Source: an uncultured delta proteobacterium (GTDB lineage: Bacteria > Myxococcota_A > Polyangia > Palsa-1104). Taken from it: a stretch of DNA of 64,000 nt. Made by a program: the position numbers and the translations under genes. Below, piece by piece: positions 22,045 to 34,755 of the stretch. The notes beneath the pieces are model-generated. The model was not told where the DNA came from. It did no database searches and was given only the letters and a program-made list of their open reading frames with translations. The stretch's first letter is position 1, and each line of letters starts with the position of its first letter. The stretch spans positions 448,339 to 512,338 of the forward strand of contig CAWAWS010000016.1 of NCBI GenBank assembly GCA_963785725.1. The letters are read 5' to 3'.

Positions 22045-24718
22045 CTAGCGTCGCGGCGACTTGCCGCTGCCGGCGCGGGCGACCTTGGCCGCCGCCGGCT
22101 TGCTCTTGGATTTGGGCTTGGCCAGCGCCGGCGTCGTCTCCTCCGGCTTGACCGTGGCGACGATGGCGCGGCTGCGATCGAGGTACTTCTTGGCCACGCG
22201 CTGCACGTCGGCCGCGGTCACGCCCAAGATGCCGGGCGCGTAGCGGCGATATTCGTCCCAGCCGACGCCGTAGGCTTCGTGGAACGCCAGCGTCGACGCG
22301 AGCGCCGCCCGTCGCTGCAGCGAGATCTCGTGCGCGCCGACCAAGTAACGCTTGGCGCGCTCGAGCTCCGCTTTCGGCACCGGCACGGCGGCGATCTTGC
22401 CGAGCTCGTCCTCGATGCCCGAGACCGCGACCGGCAAATTCTCCGGCGACGTGGCGATATAGACCGCGAAATAGCCGGGATCGACGCCTTCGACCGAGAA
22501 CGCGCTGACGCGATAGGCGAGGCCACGCTTGTCGCGCAGCTCGACGAAGAGGCGACCACCCTGCCCCGACAAGATCGTCGACAGCACCTCGAGCGCGAAG
22601 CGATCGGGATCGGTGATCGTCGTGCCCGGAAAGCCGTAGACGACATGCGCTTGCTGCTTGTTCTGCGTCTTCCACAGCTGCTGCGCGACGACGGGATGGG
22701 CGTCGTCCCACGGCGGCGGCGGCGCCTCCGGCGTGGGCGCCGCGCGGCCCGGCAAGTCGAACAGCGCGCGCGCTTTGGCCACGACCGCCTGCGGATCGAC
22801 GTCGCCGACGATGGCCAGCGTCATCTGCGACGGCGCCATGTAGCGGCGGTAATAGTCGGCGATGCGCCGCTTCGACAGCGCCGCCACCGACTCGGCCGTC
22901 CCGAGCACGTCGAGCCGATAGGGATGACGCGGATAGAGCGCCTGCTGAAACAGCCGGAACGCCTCCGACGAGACGTTGTCGGCTTGCGTGCGGATCTCTT
23001 CCAGCGCCTGCCGCCGCTCTTTCTCCACTTCGTCGTCGCTGAACGCGGGCGACAAGATGCAATCGGCGAGCAGCTCGAGGCCGCGCTCCCAGTTGCGCGA
23101 CAAGGTCTCGGCGCGCAGGCCGAACGAGTTGCGCCCCGAGAAGCCGCCGATGGAGCCGGCCATGGCCTCGACTTCGTGCGCCAGCTCGTCGCCGCTCTGC
23201 GTGCGCGTGCCGCGGGTGATGAGCGCCGCGATCAAGTTGTTGACGCCGTTGGTGCGCGCGTCCTCGTAGCGCAGGCCGCCCATCCACACGGCGCGCATGG
23301 CCACCAGCTGCACCGACGGGTCGCGCTTGACGAGCAGGCGCGCGCCCGACGGCAGCGTCACGCGCACGACCTCGTCGCCGCCTTTGACGACCACCGGCGC
23401 CGCCGCGTAGCGCTTGGCCGCGCCGTCGTAAGCGCGCGGTCAGCTGCGTCACCAGCTGCGTCTCCAGCTTCGCCACCTCGGCCGGCTTGGCCGTCGGCAC
23501 CATGACCGCGATCGTCGCGTTCTCGAGCGTCAAATACTTGCGCGCCACGGCTTTGAGCTGCGCCGGCGTCACCGCGCGCACCTGCCGCATGTACTCGTTC
23601 TCCCACGCCAACCCGCCGACGACGGTCTCGAAGAAGCCGAGCTTGCGCGCCTGCCCTTGCACCGTCTCCTTCTGATAGATCGTGTCCGACTCGAGGATCG
23701 TCTTGGCCTTCGCCAGCTCCTCTTCGCTCGCGTCCTCGTGCAAGAAGCGGAAGGTCTCGCCCGCGATCGCCTCCATCGCCGTGTCCAGCTTGTCGGGCGG
23801 CATCGTCGCGCCCGCGACCATCAGGCCCGGATCGCGCGGCGTATACGCGTACGAATAGGCATCGGTCACCAGCTGATCGCGGCGCTTGACCGAGCGGCTC
23901 AGCCGCGAGGAATCGCCCTGCCCGAGGATGATCGCCAGCAGATCGAGCGGCGCCGTGTCGTCGTCTTTGATGCCCGGGATGTGGAACGCGACGCTCAAGT
24001 AGGTCTCGCGAATGTCCGACGTCGTCACCTTTACGCGCGTCGACTTCTGCGCCGGCTCTTTGCGATCGAGGCGCGCCAGCGGCCGCGAGGCCATCTTGCC
24101 GAACTGCTCCTCGATGCGCGCCGCCGCCTTCTTGCAGTCGAAGTCGCCGACGACGACGAGCGTGATGTTGTTGGCGACATACCAGCGGTGAAAGAAGTCG
24201 AGCAGCCGATCGCGCGTGAAGGCCTTGACCGTCTTCGTGTAGCCGATGACCGGGCGACGATAGGGATGCTTGGCGAACGCCGTCCCGAACAGCGCCTGCG
24301 TGGCCACGCGCGACGGATTGTCCTCGCCCTGCTTCACCTCTTCGAGAACGACCTTGAGCTCCTTGTCGAGCTCCTCGGGATCGAACGACGAGTTCTGCAG
24401 CGCGTCGGCCAAGATATCGAGCCCGGTGTCGAAGAAGCGGCTCGCCAACACCAAGTGATAGACGGTCTGATCGAACGACGTCCAGGCGTTGATCTCGCCG
24501 CCCGCCGCCTCGACCTCTTGCGCGATCTGCCCGACGCCGCGCCGCTCGGTGCCTTTGAACAGCATGTGCTCGAAGACGTGGGCCACGCCGGCCAGCTCGG
24601 GCGGCTCGTCGGCCGAGCCGACGGCGACCCAAGCCTGAAAAGCCACCACCTTGGCTGCGTGGTTCTCTTGCAAGACGACGGTGAGGCCGTTCGGGAGCTG
24701 GTAACGGGCGGAGCTCAT
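22045..24718 (-). CDS. M16 (pitrilysin-family) zinc peptidase, two-domain (frameshift near 23430)
   Basis: 'LPNGL', HxxEH 'HVFEH', 'NAWTSFD'; second half 'ELRDKRGLAY'; an in-frame upstream 'LAGC' suggests the true start may be further upstream. Confidence 0.88.
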
Positions 24719-25054
24719 GGGTTCGGGCGTTCTCCTGATCGGGTGTGATTCCGCGGCGACGATCTTCGGTTGCGACGTCACCGGTGCGACGGGCTTTGGC
24801 GGCCTGACGTCGGCGTGGCAGCCGGCCAAACTGACCGCTGCCAGGAAGCCGACGACGACTTCAACAGCTAAACCAAAGTTTCCAACTTCGACTTCTAAAG
24901 ATACGTCCGATGATCGCACGGCGCCAAGTGGGCACCGTAGGAGTCGGTCGTCTCTTCTGTCAAGCCGAGCCGTCGTGGTGCGATCCGTTTGCGCAACGGC
25001 TGGCAAGCCGTGGTAAGCTTTGGCCCGCGCAAGAGATTTGCGCACCCCGAGCCG

Positions 25055-28000
25055 ATGTCAGCGCCTGCCGCCAATCCGATTGACGAGCTGTTGAAGAAGG
25101 CTACCAAGGCGCGCGGCGGTCCCGCGGCCGATGCGCTGCGCAAAGCGGCCGTGTTGACGCGCGAGCGCGGCGACTTGTGGGCCGCCGCCGAGCTGTATGC
25201 GCGCGCCATCGCCGAGGCCGAAACCGGTCCGGCCGAGCCGCGCTTGCGGGCGGGCATCGAGCTCGAGCTGGGCGCGCTCTACGAGAACGAGCTCGGCCGC
25301 ATCGATCAGGCGATGACCCATTATCAGCGCGCCTTCAAGATCGATCCCGACAACGCGCAGGCGATCGAGGCCGGCCGGCGGATCTATCGCACGCTCGGCG
25401 ATTGGCCGATGGTGGCGCGGCTGTACGAAGTCGAGCTGGAGACGACGTCGAGCCGCGAGCAGCGCGGCAACCTGCTCGTCGCGCTCGGGCGCACGTTGGC
25501 CGAGCGGCTGCGCGACTTCGGGCAGGCGGCGGTGCGGCTGGAAGAGGCGGTGCGCTTGCGGCCGCAAGACGAGACGGCCAAGGAGGCGCTGGCGGCGCTC
25601 TACGTCGCGCCCGATTTCCCCAACGCCGGCGACGACGAGGCGCAGCTCGGCCGCGCGGCGCAGCTGTTCCTCGAGCTCGCCGACACGCGCGCCAGCAAAG
25701 GCGACGTCGACGGCCAGCTGGCCTATCTGCGCCGCGCGCTCGGCGCCGACCCGTATCACGTCGAGGCGGCGACACGGCTCGAGAACGTCTTCATCAAGGG
25801 TAAGCGCACCGACGATTTGCGCCGCTTTTACCGGCAAGGCGCGCAGGTGCCGCGGCGCGCGCTCAAGCTGGCCGAGCTGTCGATCGACTCGGGCGATGCC
25901 GACGAGGCGATGATCGCGCTGGCCGAGGCCATCGACGAAGGCGACGACACCGGCCTCGTCGTCGAGCGGCTGGAAGAGCTGCTGACGCACGACAAGCGCT
26001 GGGCGCAGATTGCCGAGCTGCGCGAGCGCATGCTCGGCGACCTGCACGGCCGCGATCGCGCCGATCTGCTGGTCGACATCGCCGGCCATTGGCAGCGCGC
26101 GCAGAACACCGAGCGCTACGAAGCGTCGCTGCTCGAGGCGTTGGCGGCCGATCCGGTGCATCCCGACGCCTATCAGCTGCTGTCGGAGCATCTGAACGGC
26201 AAGCGCGACTACGCGACGCTCGTCGGCATCGCCGAGCAGGCTGTCGAAGGCGCGCCGCTGGCCGATCAGCCGCGCCGACTGGCCGAGCTGGCCGACCTGT
26301 ACGAGAAGAAGCTGGGCGACGTGGCCATGGCGACCGATGCCTGGCGTCGCGCCGAGGCGCTGGCGCCGTCGCCCAAAGGCGCGACCGAGCTCAAGCGGCT
26401 CATGCAGAAGCAGGATCGCTGGGCCTCGATGACGGCGTCGCTCGAGAAGGAGCTGGAAGCGACGCGCGATCGCGATGCGCGCGCCGAGCTCTTGAAGCGC
26501 CTCGGCCAAGTTCAGCGCGAGCGTCACGACCTCGGCGAGGCGCGGCGCTTGTGGAACGACGCGCTCGACTTGAAGCCGCAGGACGCGTCGATCTATCGCT
26601 CGCTGGCGGAGCTGTCGGAGCGCGAAGGCAACCAAGCCGAAGTGGCCGAGACGCTGCGCAAACAGCTGCGCGCGGCCAAAGAGAAGGTCGAGAAGCTCAA
26701 CCTGCTGCGTCGCCTGGCCGGCCTGTACGCCGAGCGGCTGCAGGATCTCGAAGGCGTCGAGTGGGCCTGCCTGGAGATTTTGGAGCAGCTGCCGGGCGAT
26801 CGCGACGCCTTGCGCCGGCTCGAGTCGGCCTACGAGCAGGCGGGCGAAGCGGCCGAGCCGCGGCTCATCGAAATCCTGGAGACGCACGCGCAAGCGGCGG
26901 CGACGCCGGCGGAGAAAGTGCCGCTCTTGCATCGGCTGGCGGCGCTCTACGACAAGCAAGGCGACGCCGGACAAGCGGCCGATCGGCTCGAGCGCGTCGT
27001 CCGGCTCGACAAGAATGACGGCAAGGCGCAGGAGACGCTGGCGCGGCTCTACGCGCAGCTCGAGCGCTGGCCGGACGCGGCGATGGCGTCGGAGCGCGCG
27101 CTGCAAAAGGCGGCCGGCGACGTCGAGGCGTGGAAGCGCTACGCCCGCATCGTCGACGGTAAATTGGGCGACGCCGTGCGCGCGGGCAAGGCCTGGCGCG
27201 AAGTGCTCGAGCGCCGCCCGACCGATCGCGAAGCGCTGGAGGCGCTCGGCAAGCTGGCGCGCGCGCGCGGCGATTGGACGCTGCTCGACGACGTCCTGCA
27301 GCGCCGGCAGCAGCACGCCGACGGCGACGCGGCCGTGGAAGTGGCCCTCGAGCGCGCGCAGCTGGCCGAGGAGCGGCTGAAGAATCCGGCGGGCGCCATC
27401 GAGATCCTGCGCCATTTGCTGGCCGAGATCGCGCCGCGCAACTTGGACGCGCACGCGCGTCTGCGACACTTGCTGCAGCAGTCGGGCGACGTCGACGGCG
27501 CGCTGCGCATCGCCGAGCGCGAGCTGTTCCTGAGCGACGATCCGGATCGCCGCCTGCACGCCGCCGTCGACATCGCGCGCGCCTGGCAGAAGCGCGATCC
27601 CAAGCGCGCCGTCGCCGCCTGGCGGCGCGTGGCCGAGCTGTCGCCGACGCATCGCGAGGCGCTGGAGGCCTTGGCGGCCTTGCTCGCGCAGCTCGGCGAC
27701 TGGGAAGCGCTGATCGACGTCGATGAGCGCCGGTTGGCGCTCGCCGAGGGTCACGCCAACCACGAAGCGGCGGCGATCCTCGTCGCCTTGGCGACGACGG
27801 CCGAGGAGCGGCTCGGCGATCCCGAGCGCGCGTTCGGCTACTACCGTCGCGCCCACGAGCTGACGCCGAACGAGCGCACGATGACGCAGCTGCAGCGCGT
27901 CGCCGAGCAGCACGGCTTGTGGGAGCCGCTGTGCGCGGTTTACGCGACGCAGCCGGGCTTGCCGTCGCGACTGGCCGTGGCCGAGATCGCGGCCGAGAAG

Positions 28001-31000
28001 CTGCACGATCCCAAGCGCGCGTTCGGCGTCGTGCGCGGCGCGCTCGATCTCGATCCGACGGGCGAGAAGCTGCTGCCGGAGCTGGAGCGGCTGAGCGTGC
28101 GCGCCGCCGATCCCGACGGACTGCTCGAGGTCTACGAGCAGCTGTTGCCGCGCGCGTCGACGGCGAACAAGCTCGACCTCTTGCGCCGGCGCGCCAACGT
28201 GCGCGAGCAGCGGCAGAAGAACCCGTCGGGCGCGCTCGACGAGCTGGTGCGCGCGTTCCCCTATGCGCCCGACGACGCGCCGCTGTTGGCCGAGATTCGC
28301 CGGCTGGCCGAGGTCACGCGCCGCTGGGATGACGCGCTCGCCGTCGAGGGTTACCGCTTTCACCGCGCCCCCGAGAGCGAGAAGCTGGCCATCGCCTGTG
28401 ACGCGGCGGCGATCGTCGAAGAGAAGGTCAAAGATCCGCTGCGCGCGTTCCGGGCCTATTTGCGCGCGTTCCAGCTGGCCGGCGGGCGCAACGACGACGT
28501 CATTCGCGGCCATCTGTGGCGCCTGGCGGCGATCGTGGGCGAGATTCGCCGCGAGCCGACTGCGCTGACGGCCTTGCGCGCCCCGCCGCCGCCGACGCCG
28601 AACGGCAATGGGAACGGCTTCGTCGTCGCGTCCTCCAAGCCGCCGCGCGAGCCGACGCTGGAAGTGGCGCTCGACGAGGTGATGTTCGACGAGTCCAAGC
28701 CGATTCCGCTCATGCCGCGGGATCCGACGATGGAGCTGTCGATCAACGATTTGGTGGCGATCGCGCGGCCGAATCCGCCGCCGCAAAAGGCGCCCTCGAA
28801 GCAGCCGCCGACGATGGAGCTGTCGCTGTCGGACGTGGCGGTGGTTGCGCGCGGTGGCCGCAAGAAGGCGCCGCCGCCGTCGCCGATGCCGCCGCCGACG
28901 ACGCGGCCGCTGCAAGGCGTGCACAGCGCGTGGGACGAGCTGGCGCTGGTGCAGCTCTCGCTGCCGGCGGAGGATGAGGCCGAGCAGTTCCGGCATATCT
29001 TGGCGGTCAGCGAGATGTGGGAGCGCGGCGCCGGCGATCTGCCGCGCGCGTTCGAGGCGCTGGCGGGCGCGTTCAAGCTCGATCCCGATCGGCAGGAGGC
29101 GCGCGTCGCGCTCGATCAGCTGGCGGCGCGGCACGACGCCTGGAATCAGCTCGTCGCCGTGCTCGACGAGGCGCTGGCCGACACCGGCAATCCGCAGCTG
29201 GCGGTGCGGCTCATCATCGATTCCGCGCACGTGCGCGAGCGGCAAGGCGAGCTCAGCGACGCCGAGGAGCGCTATCACCGCGCGCTCGGCATGCGCCCCG
29301 ACGACGAAGAGGCGTTGACGCGCCTGGAGGCCGTTTATCGGCAGTCGCGGCGCTGGAAGGAGCTGGCGACGCTGCTCGAGCGGCGCCTGCACGGCCTCAT
29401 GGAGCGCATGCCGCCGGGCGAGCCGCGTCGTCTGCGCGCGCTCGAGTTGGCCGACGTCTACGAGCGCATGGGCTCGAGCTACGAAGCCATCGACGGCTGG
29501 ACCCACGTGGCGCGCGAATATCCCGACCACGCGCCGGCGTTCGGCAACTTGGCGCGCCTCTACGAGAGCGTCGGCCAGTGGTCGAAGGTCATCGAGTCGT
29601 TGACGCGCGAGCTCGACATCGTCGACGGCGACGGCAAGGCGGGACAGGCGCGGGCGCGGCAGATTCGCAAGCGCATCGGCGAGATCTTCGAGCGCGAATT
29701 GGAGCTGCCCGATCGCGCCATCGAAGCCTACGGCGCCGTGCACGACGCCGATCCGGCCGACGACGAGGCGACGGCGGCGCTCGAGCGGCTCTACGAGAAG
29801 CTCAACCGCTGGAGCGACCTGGAAGCGCTCTTGCGGCGGAAGAGTGACCGGCTCGACAAGGAGTCGCGCGTCGCCGTCTTGGAGCGTCGCGCGCAGCTGT
29901 TGACCGAGAAGATCGGCGATCACGCGGGCGCGGCGGCGGTCTTGCGCACCTTACGCAAGCAGCGGCCCGAAGACGATGAGCTGGCGCAGCGGCTCGAGCG
30001 CGCGCTCGGTCGCGCCGGCCGCATCGACGAGCAGGCCGAAGTCTTGCGCACGCGCATTCGCGCCGCCAAGCGCGCCGATCGCCCGCGCGCGGAGCTGGCC
30101 CGGCTGCACGTCGAGCTGGCGCTGCTCGAAGTGGCGCTCAGCGACGCGACGTCGGCCGAGCGCACGCTGGAGAAGGCGCTCGAATTATTGCCCGAGGATC
30201 CGGGTGCGCTGGCCGAGCTGGCCAAGCTGCGGCAAGGCGGCGCCGATTGGGACGGCTACGCGGCGGCGCGCGAGCGTGAAGCGGCGGTCGCGGCGTCGCC
30301 CGAGCAAGCGGTGACGGCGCTTGTCGACGCGGCGCGCGTGCACATGGAGCGCCGCAAGGACGACGCGGCCGCCAAACGCGCGCTGGAGAAGGCGCTCGAG
30401 CGCGATCCTCAGTCGATCGAAGCGATCGCGCTCTTCGGCTCGTTGGCGCGCCGGCTCCTCGACGACGACCTGGCCGACGAGTTGGCCCTGCGCGAGCTCG
30501 GCATGACCGACGAGCACGCGCCGACCGCCGCGCGCCGCGCCGAATTGCTGGCGGGACTGGGCGCGGCGGCGTTGCGTCGCGGCGAGCAGCAAGAGGCGGC
30601 CAGCCGCTTCCGCGAGGCGATCTCGTCGTCACCCGGCTATCCGCCGGCGATTCAGGGTTTGGCCGATCTGGCGGCACAATCGGGCGCGTGGGACGAAGTC
30701 GAAGCGCTGCTCCTCGACGCCGCCGTGCGCGACGGCGTGCCGCCGCAAGTGGCCGCGCAGTTTCATCGCCGCCTCGCCGACGCCGCCGATCAACAGGGCC
30801 GCTTCGACGACGCCTATCAGGCGCTCTTGGAAGCCGATCGCCTGACGCCGGGCGATCTGCATACGCGCCTCTTGTTGGGCGAGAATCGTTATCGCGCGCA
30901 TCGTTATCGTGAGGCCGCGCAATATCTGGCCGCCGTCGCCGACCATCCCGACGCCGAGCGGCTGCCCGAAGAGGCGGCCGAGGCGGTCTATCACGGCGCC

Positions 31001-32794
31001 CTGGCGGAGCTGAAGCTGCGTCGGCCGGAGCGCGCGCTGCCGCTCTTGGAGGCGGCGGTCCGCATTCATCCGCAGCATTCGAACGCGCTCGGGCTCTTGG
31101 CCGAACGCGCGCTCGAGGACGGCGACCTCAACCGCGGCCTCGAGCTGCTCGAACTGCAAGCGGCGGCGACGCGCGATCCGGTCGAGCGCGCGACCCGCTT
31201 CGAGCGCGTCGCCGACGCGGTCTTGGCCGAGCTCAACGACACCGAGCGCGCCGGCCGCGCGTACGAGCAGGCGGTGGGCTCGGCGGGCGAAGCGGCGTCG
31301 TTGGCGCTGCTCGACAAGTCGCTGCACCTGCAGCGCGCGCGCGGCGACATCGAAGCCGCGGCGGCGACGGCCACGCGGCTGCTCGCGCGCGACGGCACGC
31401 CGGTCGAGCGCGCCAAGCGGCTGCGCGAAGCGGCCGCGCTCGACGCCGCCTTGGGCAAGAAGGATCAAGCGCGCGATCGACTGCAGCAGGCGCTGGAGCT
31501 CGATCCGCTGGAGCACGAGACGCTGGCCGGCCTGTCGGCGATGCTGGTGCAGGACGGTCGCGACGAAGAGGCGGCGCAGCTGTTGACGCGCGCCCTGCCG
31601 CTCTTGCCGCCGGCGACGCCGGCGCTGCGTGCGGCGCGCGCGGCCTTGTGGATGCGCCTCGGCGAAGCGCGCGAGCGGCTGCGCGACGCGCGCGGCGCCG
31701 TCGTCGCCTACGAGAAGGCGCTGGAGGCCGATCCGTCGCGGCGCAAGCTGCGCGAGACGCTGCTCGATCGCTACGGCGACGATCCCACGCACGACGACGA
31801 AGTGCGGCCGCACCGCTCGATGCTGCTCGCCGACGAGCCGCTGCACGTCCCGTCGTTGCGCGCGCTCCATCGCATCGACGCGCGCACCGGCTCGCGTGAC
31901 CAAGGCCGACGTTACCTGCAGCTGCTCGCCGTCGCCGGCAACTTGACCGACGAGGAGCGCCATCAGCTCGCGCACGTGCCGCCGGCCGACGAGACCGATG
32001 CGCTCGGCGCGCTCGACGAAGACGATCACCTGCTGCTCGCCCATCCCGACGCGCTGACGCTGTCCGAAGTCTTCGCGGCCGTGTGGGAAGGCTCGGCGCC
32101 CGATCTGAACGCGCGCGGCTTCGGCCTCGACGCGCTCGGCGTGAGCGCCAACGATCGCATCTCGCCCGTCGCCACGACCGATCTGGCGCGCGCCTATTCG
32201 ACGGTGTCGCGCCTGCTCGGCAATCGCAAGACCGGGCTCTACTTGAAGCCCGACTCCGACGCGCGCGACGTCACGCTGGTGGCGCAGCCGCCGACCGCGA
32301 TTGTCGTCGGGCCCACGCTCGGCGACGGCCGGGCGCCCGCCGACATGCGCTTTCTGCTCGGTCGCGCGCTCGAGATCGCGCGGCCCGAGTACATCTTGGC
32401 GGCGGCCTTGCCGCGCGCCGAGTTCACGCGGCTGTTCGCGGCCATCTTGCGCGCCTTTCACCCGCGCCACGCGCGCCGCCGCGTCGACGCCGGCGCCGCC
32501 GATGACGAGGCGCAGCAGTGGAAGCGCGCCCTGCCCTACAAGGTGGCCAAGCGCCTGGCCGAGCTCTTCCGCGCCCAAGCCAACACCGAGTTCTCGTCGG
32601 CGCGCTGGCGCAAAGCCGTGCAGCAGACCGGCAATCGCGCCGGCCTCTTGGCCGCCGGCGACATCATCGCCGCCGCGCGCGTCCTCTTGTCCGAAGGCGA
32701 CACGGACGGAATCATCGATCTGGCCCGTTTCGCCGCCAGCGACGATTACTTGGCCTTGCGGACGAAGCTGGACGGCGCTCTCGGTCGACGCTAG
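25055..32794 (+). CDS. Giant TPR-repeat protein (~2580 aa)
   Basis: Uninterrupted ORF of helical TPR-like repeats with a central Pro-rich linker. Confidence 0.88.
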   Translation: MSAPAANPIDELLKKATKARGGPAADALRKAAVLTRERGDLWAAAELYARAIAEAETGPAEPRLRAGIELELGALYENELGRIDQAMTHYQRAFKIDPDNAQAIEAGRRIYRTLGDWPMVARLYEVELETTSSREQRGNLLVALGRTLAERLRDFGQAAVRLEEAVRLRPQDETAKEALAALYVAPDFPNAGDDEAQLGRAAQLFLELADTRASKGDVDGQLAYLRRALGADPYHVEAATRLENVFIKGKRTDDLRRFYRQGAQVPRRALKLAELSIDSGDADEAMIALAEAIDEGDDTGLVVERLEELLTHDKRWAQIAELRERMLGDLHGRDRADLLVDIAGHWQRAQNTERYEASLLEALAADPVHPDAYQLLSEHLNGKRDYATLVGIAEQAVEGAPLADQPRRLAELADLYEKKLGDVAMATDAWRRAEALAPSPKGATELKRLMQKQDRWASMTASLEKELEATRDRDARAELLKRLGQVQRERHDLGEARRLWNDALDLKPQDASIYRSLAELSEREGNQAEVAETLRKQLRAAKEKVEKLNLLRRLAGLYAERLQDLEGVEWACLEILEQLPGDRDALRRLESAYEQAGEAAEPRLIEILETHAQAAATPAEKVPLLHRLAALYDKQGDAGQAADRLERVVRLDKNDGKAQETLARLYAQLERWPDAAMASERALQKAAGDVEAWKRYARIVDGKLGDAVRAGKAWREVLERRPTDREALEALGKLARARGDWTLLDDVLQRRQQHADGDAAVEVALERAQLAEERLKNPAGAIEILRHLLAEIAPRNLDAHARLRHLLQQSGDVDGALRIAERELFLSDDPDRRLHAAVDIARAWQKRDPKRAVAAWRRVAELSPTHREALEALAALLAQLGDWEALIDVDERRLALAEGHANHEAAAILVALATTAEERLGDPERAFGYYRRAHELTPNERTMTQLQRVAEQHGLWEPLCAVYATQPGLPSRLAVAEIAAEKLHDPKRAFGVVRGALDLDPTGEKLLPELERLSVRAADPDGLLEVYEQLLPRASTANKLDLLRRRANVREQRQKNPSGALDELVRAFPYAPDDAPLLAEIRRLAEVTRRWDDALAVEGYRFHRAPESEKLAIACDAAAIVEEKVKDPLRAFRAYLRAFQLAGGRNDDVIRGHLWRLAAIVGEIRREPTALTALRAPPPPTPNGNGNGFVVASSKPPREPTLEVALDEVMFDESKPIPLMPRDPTMELSINDLVAIARPNPPPQKAPSKQPPTMELSLSDVAVVARGGRKKAPPPSPMPPPTTRPLQGVHSAWDELALVQLSLPAEDEAEQFRHILAVSEMWERGAGDLPRAFEALAGAFKLDPDRQEARVALDQLAARHDAWNQLVAVLDEALADTGNPQLAVRLIIDSAHVRERQGELSDAEERYHRALGMRPDDEEALTRLEAVYRQSRRWKELATLLERRLHGLMERMPPGEPRRLRALELADVYERMGSSYEAIDGWTHVAREYPDHAPAFGNLARLYESVGQWSKVIESLTRELDIVDGDGKAGQARARQIRKRIGEIFERELELPDRAIEAYGAVHDADPADDEATAALERLYEKLNRWSDLEALLRRKSDRLDKESRVAVLERRAQLLTEKIGDHAGAAAVLRTLRKQRPEDDELAQRLERALGRAGRIDEQAEVLRTRIRAAKRADRPRAELARLHVELALLEVALSDATSAERTLEKALELLPEDPGALAELAKLRQGGADWDGYAAAREREAAVAASPEQAVTALVDAARVHMERRKDDAAAKRALEKALERDPQSIEAIALFGSLARRLLDDDLADELALRELGMTDEHAPTAARRAELLAGLGAAALRRGEQQEAASRFREAISSSPGYPPAIQGLADLAAQSGAWDEVEALLLDAAVRDGVPPQVAAQFHRRLADAADQQGRFDDAYQALLEADRLTPGDLHTRLLLGENRYRAHRYREAAQYLAAVADHPDAERLPEEAAEAVYHGALAELKLRRPERALPLLEAAVRIHPQHSNALGLLAERALEDGDLNRGLELLELQAAATRDPVERATRFERVADAVLAELNDTERAGRAYEQAVGSAGEAASLALLDKSLHLQRARGDIEAAAATATRLLARDGTPVERAKRLREAAALDAALGKKDQARDRLQQALELDPLEHETLAGLSAMLVQDGRDEEAAQLLTRALPLLPPATPALRAARAALWMRLGEARERLRDARGAVVAYEKALEADPSRRKLRETLLDRYGDDPTHDDEVRPHRSMLLADEPLHVPSLRALHRIDARTGSRDQGRRYLQLLAVAGNLTDEERHQLAHVPPADETDALGALDEDDHLLLAHPDALTLSEVFAAVWEGSAPDLNARGFGLDALGVSANDRISPVATTDLARAYSTVSRLLGNRKTGLYLKPDSDARDVTLVAQPPTAIVVGPTLGDGRAPADMRFLLGRALEIARPEYILAAALPRAEFTRLFAAILRAFHPRHARRRVDAGAADDEAQQWKRALPYKVAKRLAELFRAQANTEFSSARWRKAVQQTGNRAGLLAAGDIIAAARVLLSEGDTDGIIDLARFAASDDYLALRTKLDGALGRR

Positions 32795-32806
32795 AGTCCC
32801 GGTTCG

Positions 32807-33073
32807 ATGTATCTCGGTCGCGTCATCGGCACCGTCGTCGCCACGCGCAAATACGAGGGGCTCGAAGGCGCCAAGCTCCTCGTCGTGACGCCGCTCGACC
32901 ACAAGCTCAAGGCGACGCGCGCGCCCGAAGTCGCCGTCGATACGGTGCGCGCCGGCGTCGGCGACCTGGTCTTCCTCGTCGGCGCGCGCGAAGCGGCGTT
33001 GGCGCTCGAGCCGACGTTCGTGCCCGTCGACGCCGCCATCGTCGGCATCGTCGACGACGTGAACGCGCGATGA
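32807..33073 (+). CDS. BMC pentamer (EutN/CcmL family)
   Basis: '[14 protein letters not shown]', '[11 protein letters not shown]', 'DAAIVGIVD'. Confidence 0.93.
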   Translation: MYLGRVIGTVVATRKYEGLEGAKLLVVTPLDHKLKATRAPEVAVDTVRAGVGDLVFLVGAREAALALEPTFVPVDAAIVGIVDDVNAR

Positions 33074-33330
33074 AGCTCTGCCGCGTCGAAGGCAACGTCG
33101 TCGCCACCGCGCACCACCCGGTCTACGACGGCCAGAAGCTCATGATCGTCCAGCCCGTCGACGGCGGCGACTCGTTCTTGGCCGTCGATCGCGTGCAGGC
33201 GGGCGTGGGCGACATCGTGATCGTCAACCAAGAGGGCAACGGCAATCGGCAGCTCCTGAAGCTGGGCGCGAACGTGCCGATTCGTTCGTTGATCGTCGGG
33301 ATCGTCGACCACATCGATCGTCATGAGTGA
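33070..33330 (+). CDS. BMC pentamer (EutN/CcmL family), second copy
   Basis: '[13 protein letters not shown]', '[11 protein letters not shown]', 'IVGIVD'. Confidence 0.9.
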   Translation: MKLCRVEGNVVATAHHPVYDGQKLMIVQPVDGGDSFLAVDRVQAGVGDIVIVNQEGNGNRQLLKLGANVPIRSLIVGIVDHIDRHE

Positions 33331-34147
33331 CCGCGCGGCCGACGTCGCCGACTACGCGCAGCGGCTGCACGCGCGCGGCTGGGTCGCCAACCACGACGGC
33401 AACATCAGCGTCCGCGACGGCAACGGCCGCTTCTTGGTCACGCCGACCGCGACGTCGAAGGCGGCGGTGCGCGCCGACGGGCTCGTCATCGTCGACAGCG
33501 CCGGTCGTGCCGTCGGCGGACGCGGCAAGCCGTTCGGCGAGCTCGGCCTGCACCTCGCCGTCTACGCCGCGCGCGGCGACGTCAACGCGGTCGTGCACGC
33601 GCATCCGCCGACCGCGACCGGCTTTGCCGTGGCCGGCGTGCCGCTCGACGAAGCCTTCATCGCCGAAGCCGTCGTCTCGCTCGGAGCGGGCGTGCCGACG
33701 GTGCCGTTCGCCGCGCCGGGCGCCGACGCGGCCAGCGCGCTCGAGCCGTTCACGCACGATTACGACGCGGCGCTGCTGGCGAATCACGGCGTCATCGCCT
33801 GGGGTCCCGACTTGGAGACGGCCTTTTTGCGGCTGGAGCTGGTCGAGCAGCTGGCGAAGGTCGCCCTCGTGGCGCGCCAGCTCGGCGGCGTCCGGCCGCT
33901 GCCGCCGTCGGTGCTGCCGAAGCTGCTCGACGCGCGCGCCAAGGCCGGGCTCGGCCCCGCCGCCGCGTCGGCGCCCCTTGCACCGGCGACGGGCGCGCTC
34001 AAAACCGTCGTAGCTTGCGCGCCAGCGCCGCCGGGAAGCGATGTCGAAGTCTACGATCCCAAGCGTGCGCGCCCAACCGCGCTGCCGTCACCGACGGAGC
34101 TGGCGAGCATCATTCGCCAAGAGATCGCCGCAGCGCTCAAAAAATAG
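33323..34147 (+). CDS. Class II aldolase/adducin family protein with C-terminal encapsulation-peptide-like helix
   Basis: 'DGNISVR', 'TPT', 'VVHAHPP', 'LLANHG'; tail '[16 protein letters not shown]'. Confidence 0.9.
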   Translation: MSDRAADVADYAQRLHARGWVANHDGNISVRDGNGRFLVTPTATSKAAVRADGLVIVDSAGRAVGGRGKPFGELGLHLAVYAARGDVNAVVHAHPPTATGFAVAGVPLDEAFIAEAVVSLGAGVPTVPFAAPGADAASALEPFTHDYDAALLANHGVIAWGPDLETAFLRLELVEQLAKVALVARQLGGVRPLPPSVLPKLLDARAKAGLGPAAASAPLAPATGALKTVVACAPAPPGSDVEVYDPKRARPTALPSPTELASIIRQEIAAALKK

Positions 34148-34157
34148 GAGAAAGCCC

Positions 34158-34583
34158 ATGAAGACCCTCGTTCTCTCGCTGCTGCTCGCAGCCAGCGCTC
34201 CGGCGTTGGCGCAGGACAAACCCGCCGCCGCCGCCGCCAAGCCCGACGCGGGCACGGCCCAAGCGCCAGTGAAGAAGGGCAAGCGCGCCGCCCTCCTCGA
34301 CATCAACACCGCCACCGACGACGAGCTCAAGGCGCTGCCGGGCATCACCGACGACCAGGTCAAGAAGATCGTCGCCGGCCGGCCCTACACGGGCAAGGAT
34401 CAGCTGCTCAAGCAGAACATCGTCGACAAGGACGAGTACGCCAAGATTCGGCCGCTCATCCACGCCAAGCAGCCGAAGGCGATCGGCGGCCAAGGCGCGT
34501 CGGACGCGCACACGGGTCCCGGCCCGTCCTCGGCGACGACCGCCGCGCCCGCCTCCGGCGCCACCGCCGCGCCCAAGAAGTAG
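34158..34583 (+). CDS. Exported helix-hairpin-helix (ComEA-like) protein
   Basis: Signal peptide; 'LDINTATDDELKALPGI...IVAGRPY'. Confidence 0.82.
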   Translation: MKTLVLSLLLAASAPALAQDKPAAAAAKPDAGTAQAPVKKGKRAALLDINTATDDELKALPGITDDQVKKIVAGRPYTGKDQLLKQNIVDKDEYAKIRPLIHAKQPKAIGGQGASDAHTGPGPSSATTAAPASGATAAPKK

Positions 34584-34755
34584 CTCGCGCCACCAGCGTC
34601 CATCGGCCGCTCGCCTCGTTCACTCCACCCTGATCTCCGTCGCGATTCGCTCGCCGCGCCTGCACGTGCGTCGCGGCTGAGCGTGCGACGTCCAGCGTCG
34701 GCAGCTATCGGAAGTCGCGCCTTTCCGATAAAATGATCCCAGGGGAGGACTCGAC

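Noticed and set aside
25058..29923. 1621-aa antisense ORF and many other long shadow ORFs
   Set aside because: Expected from GC-rich codon bias opposite real genes; no recognisable motifs
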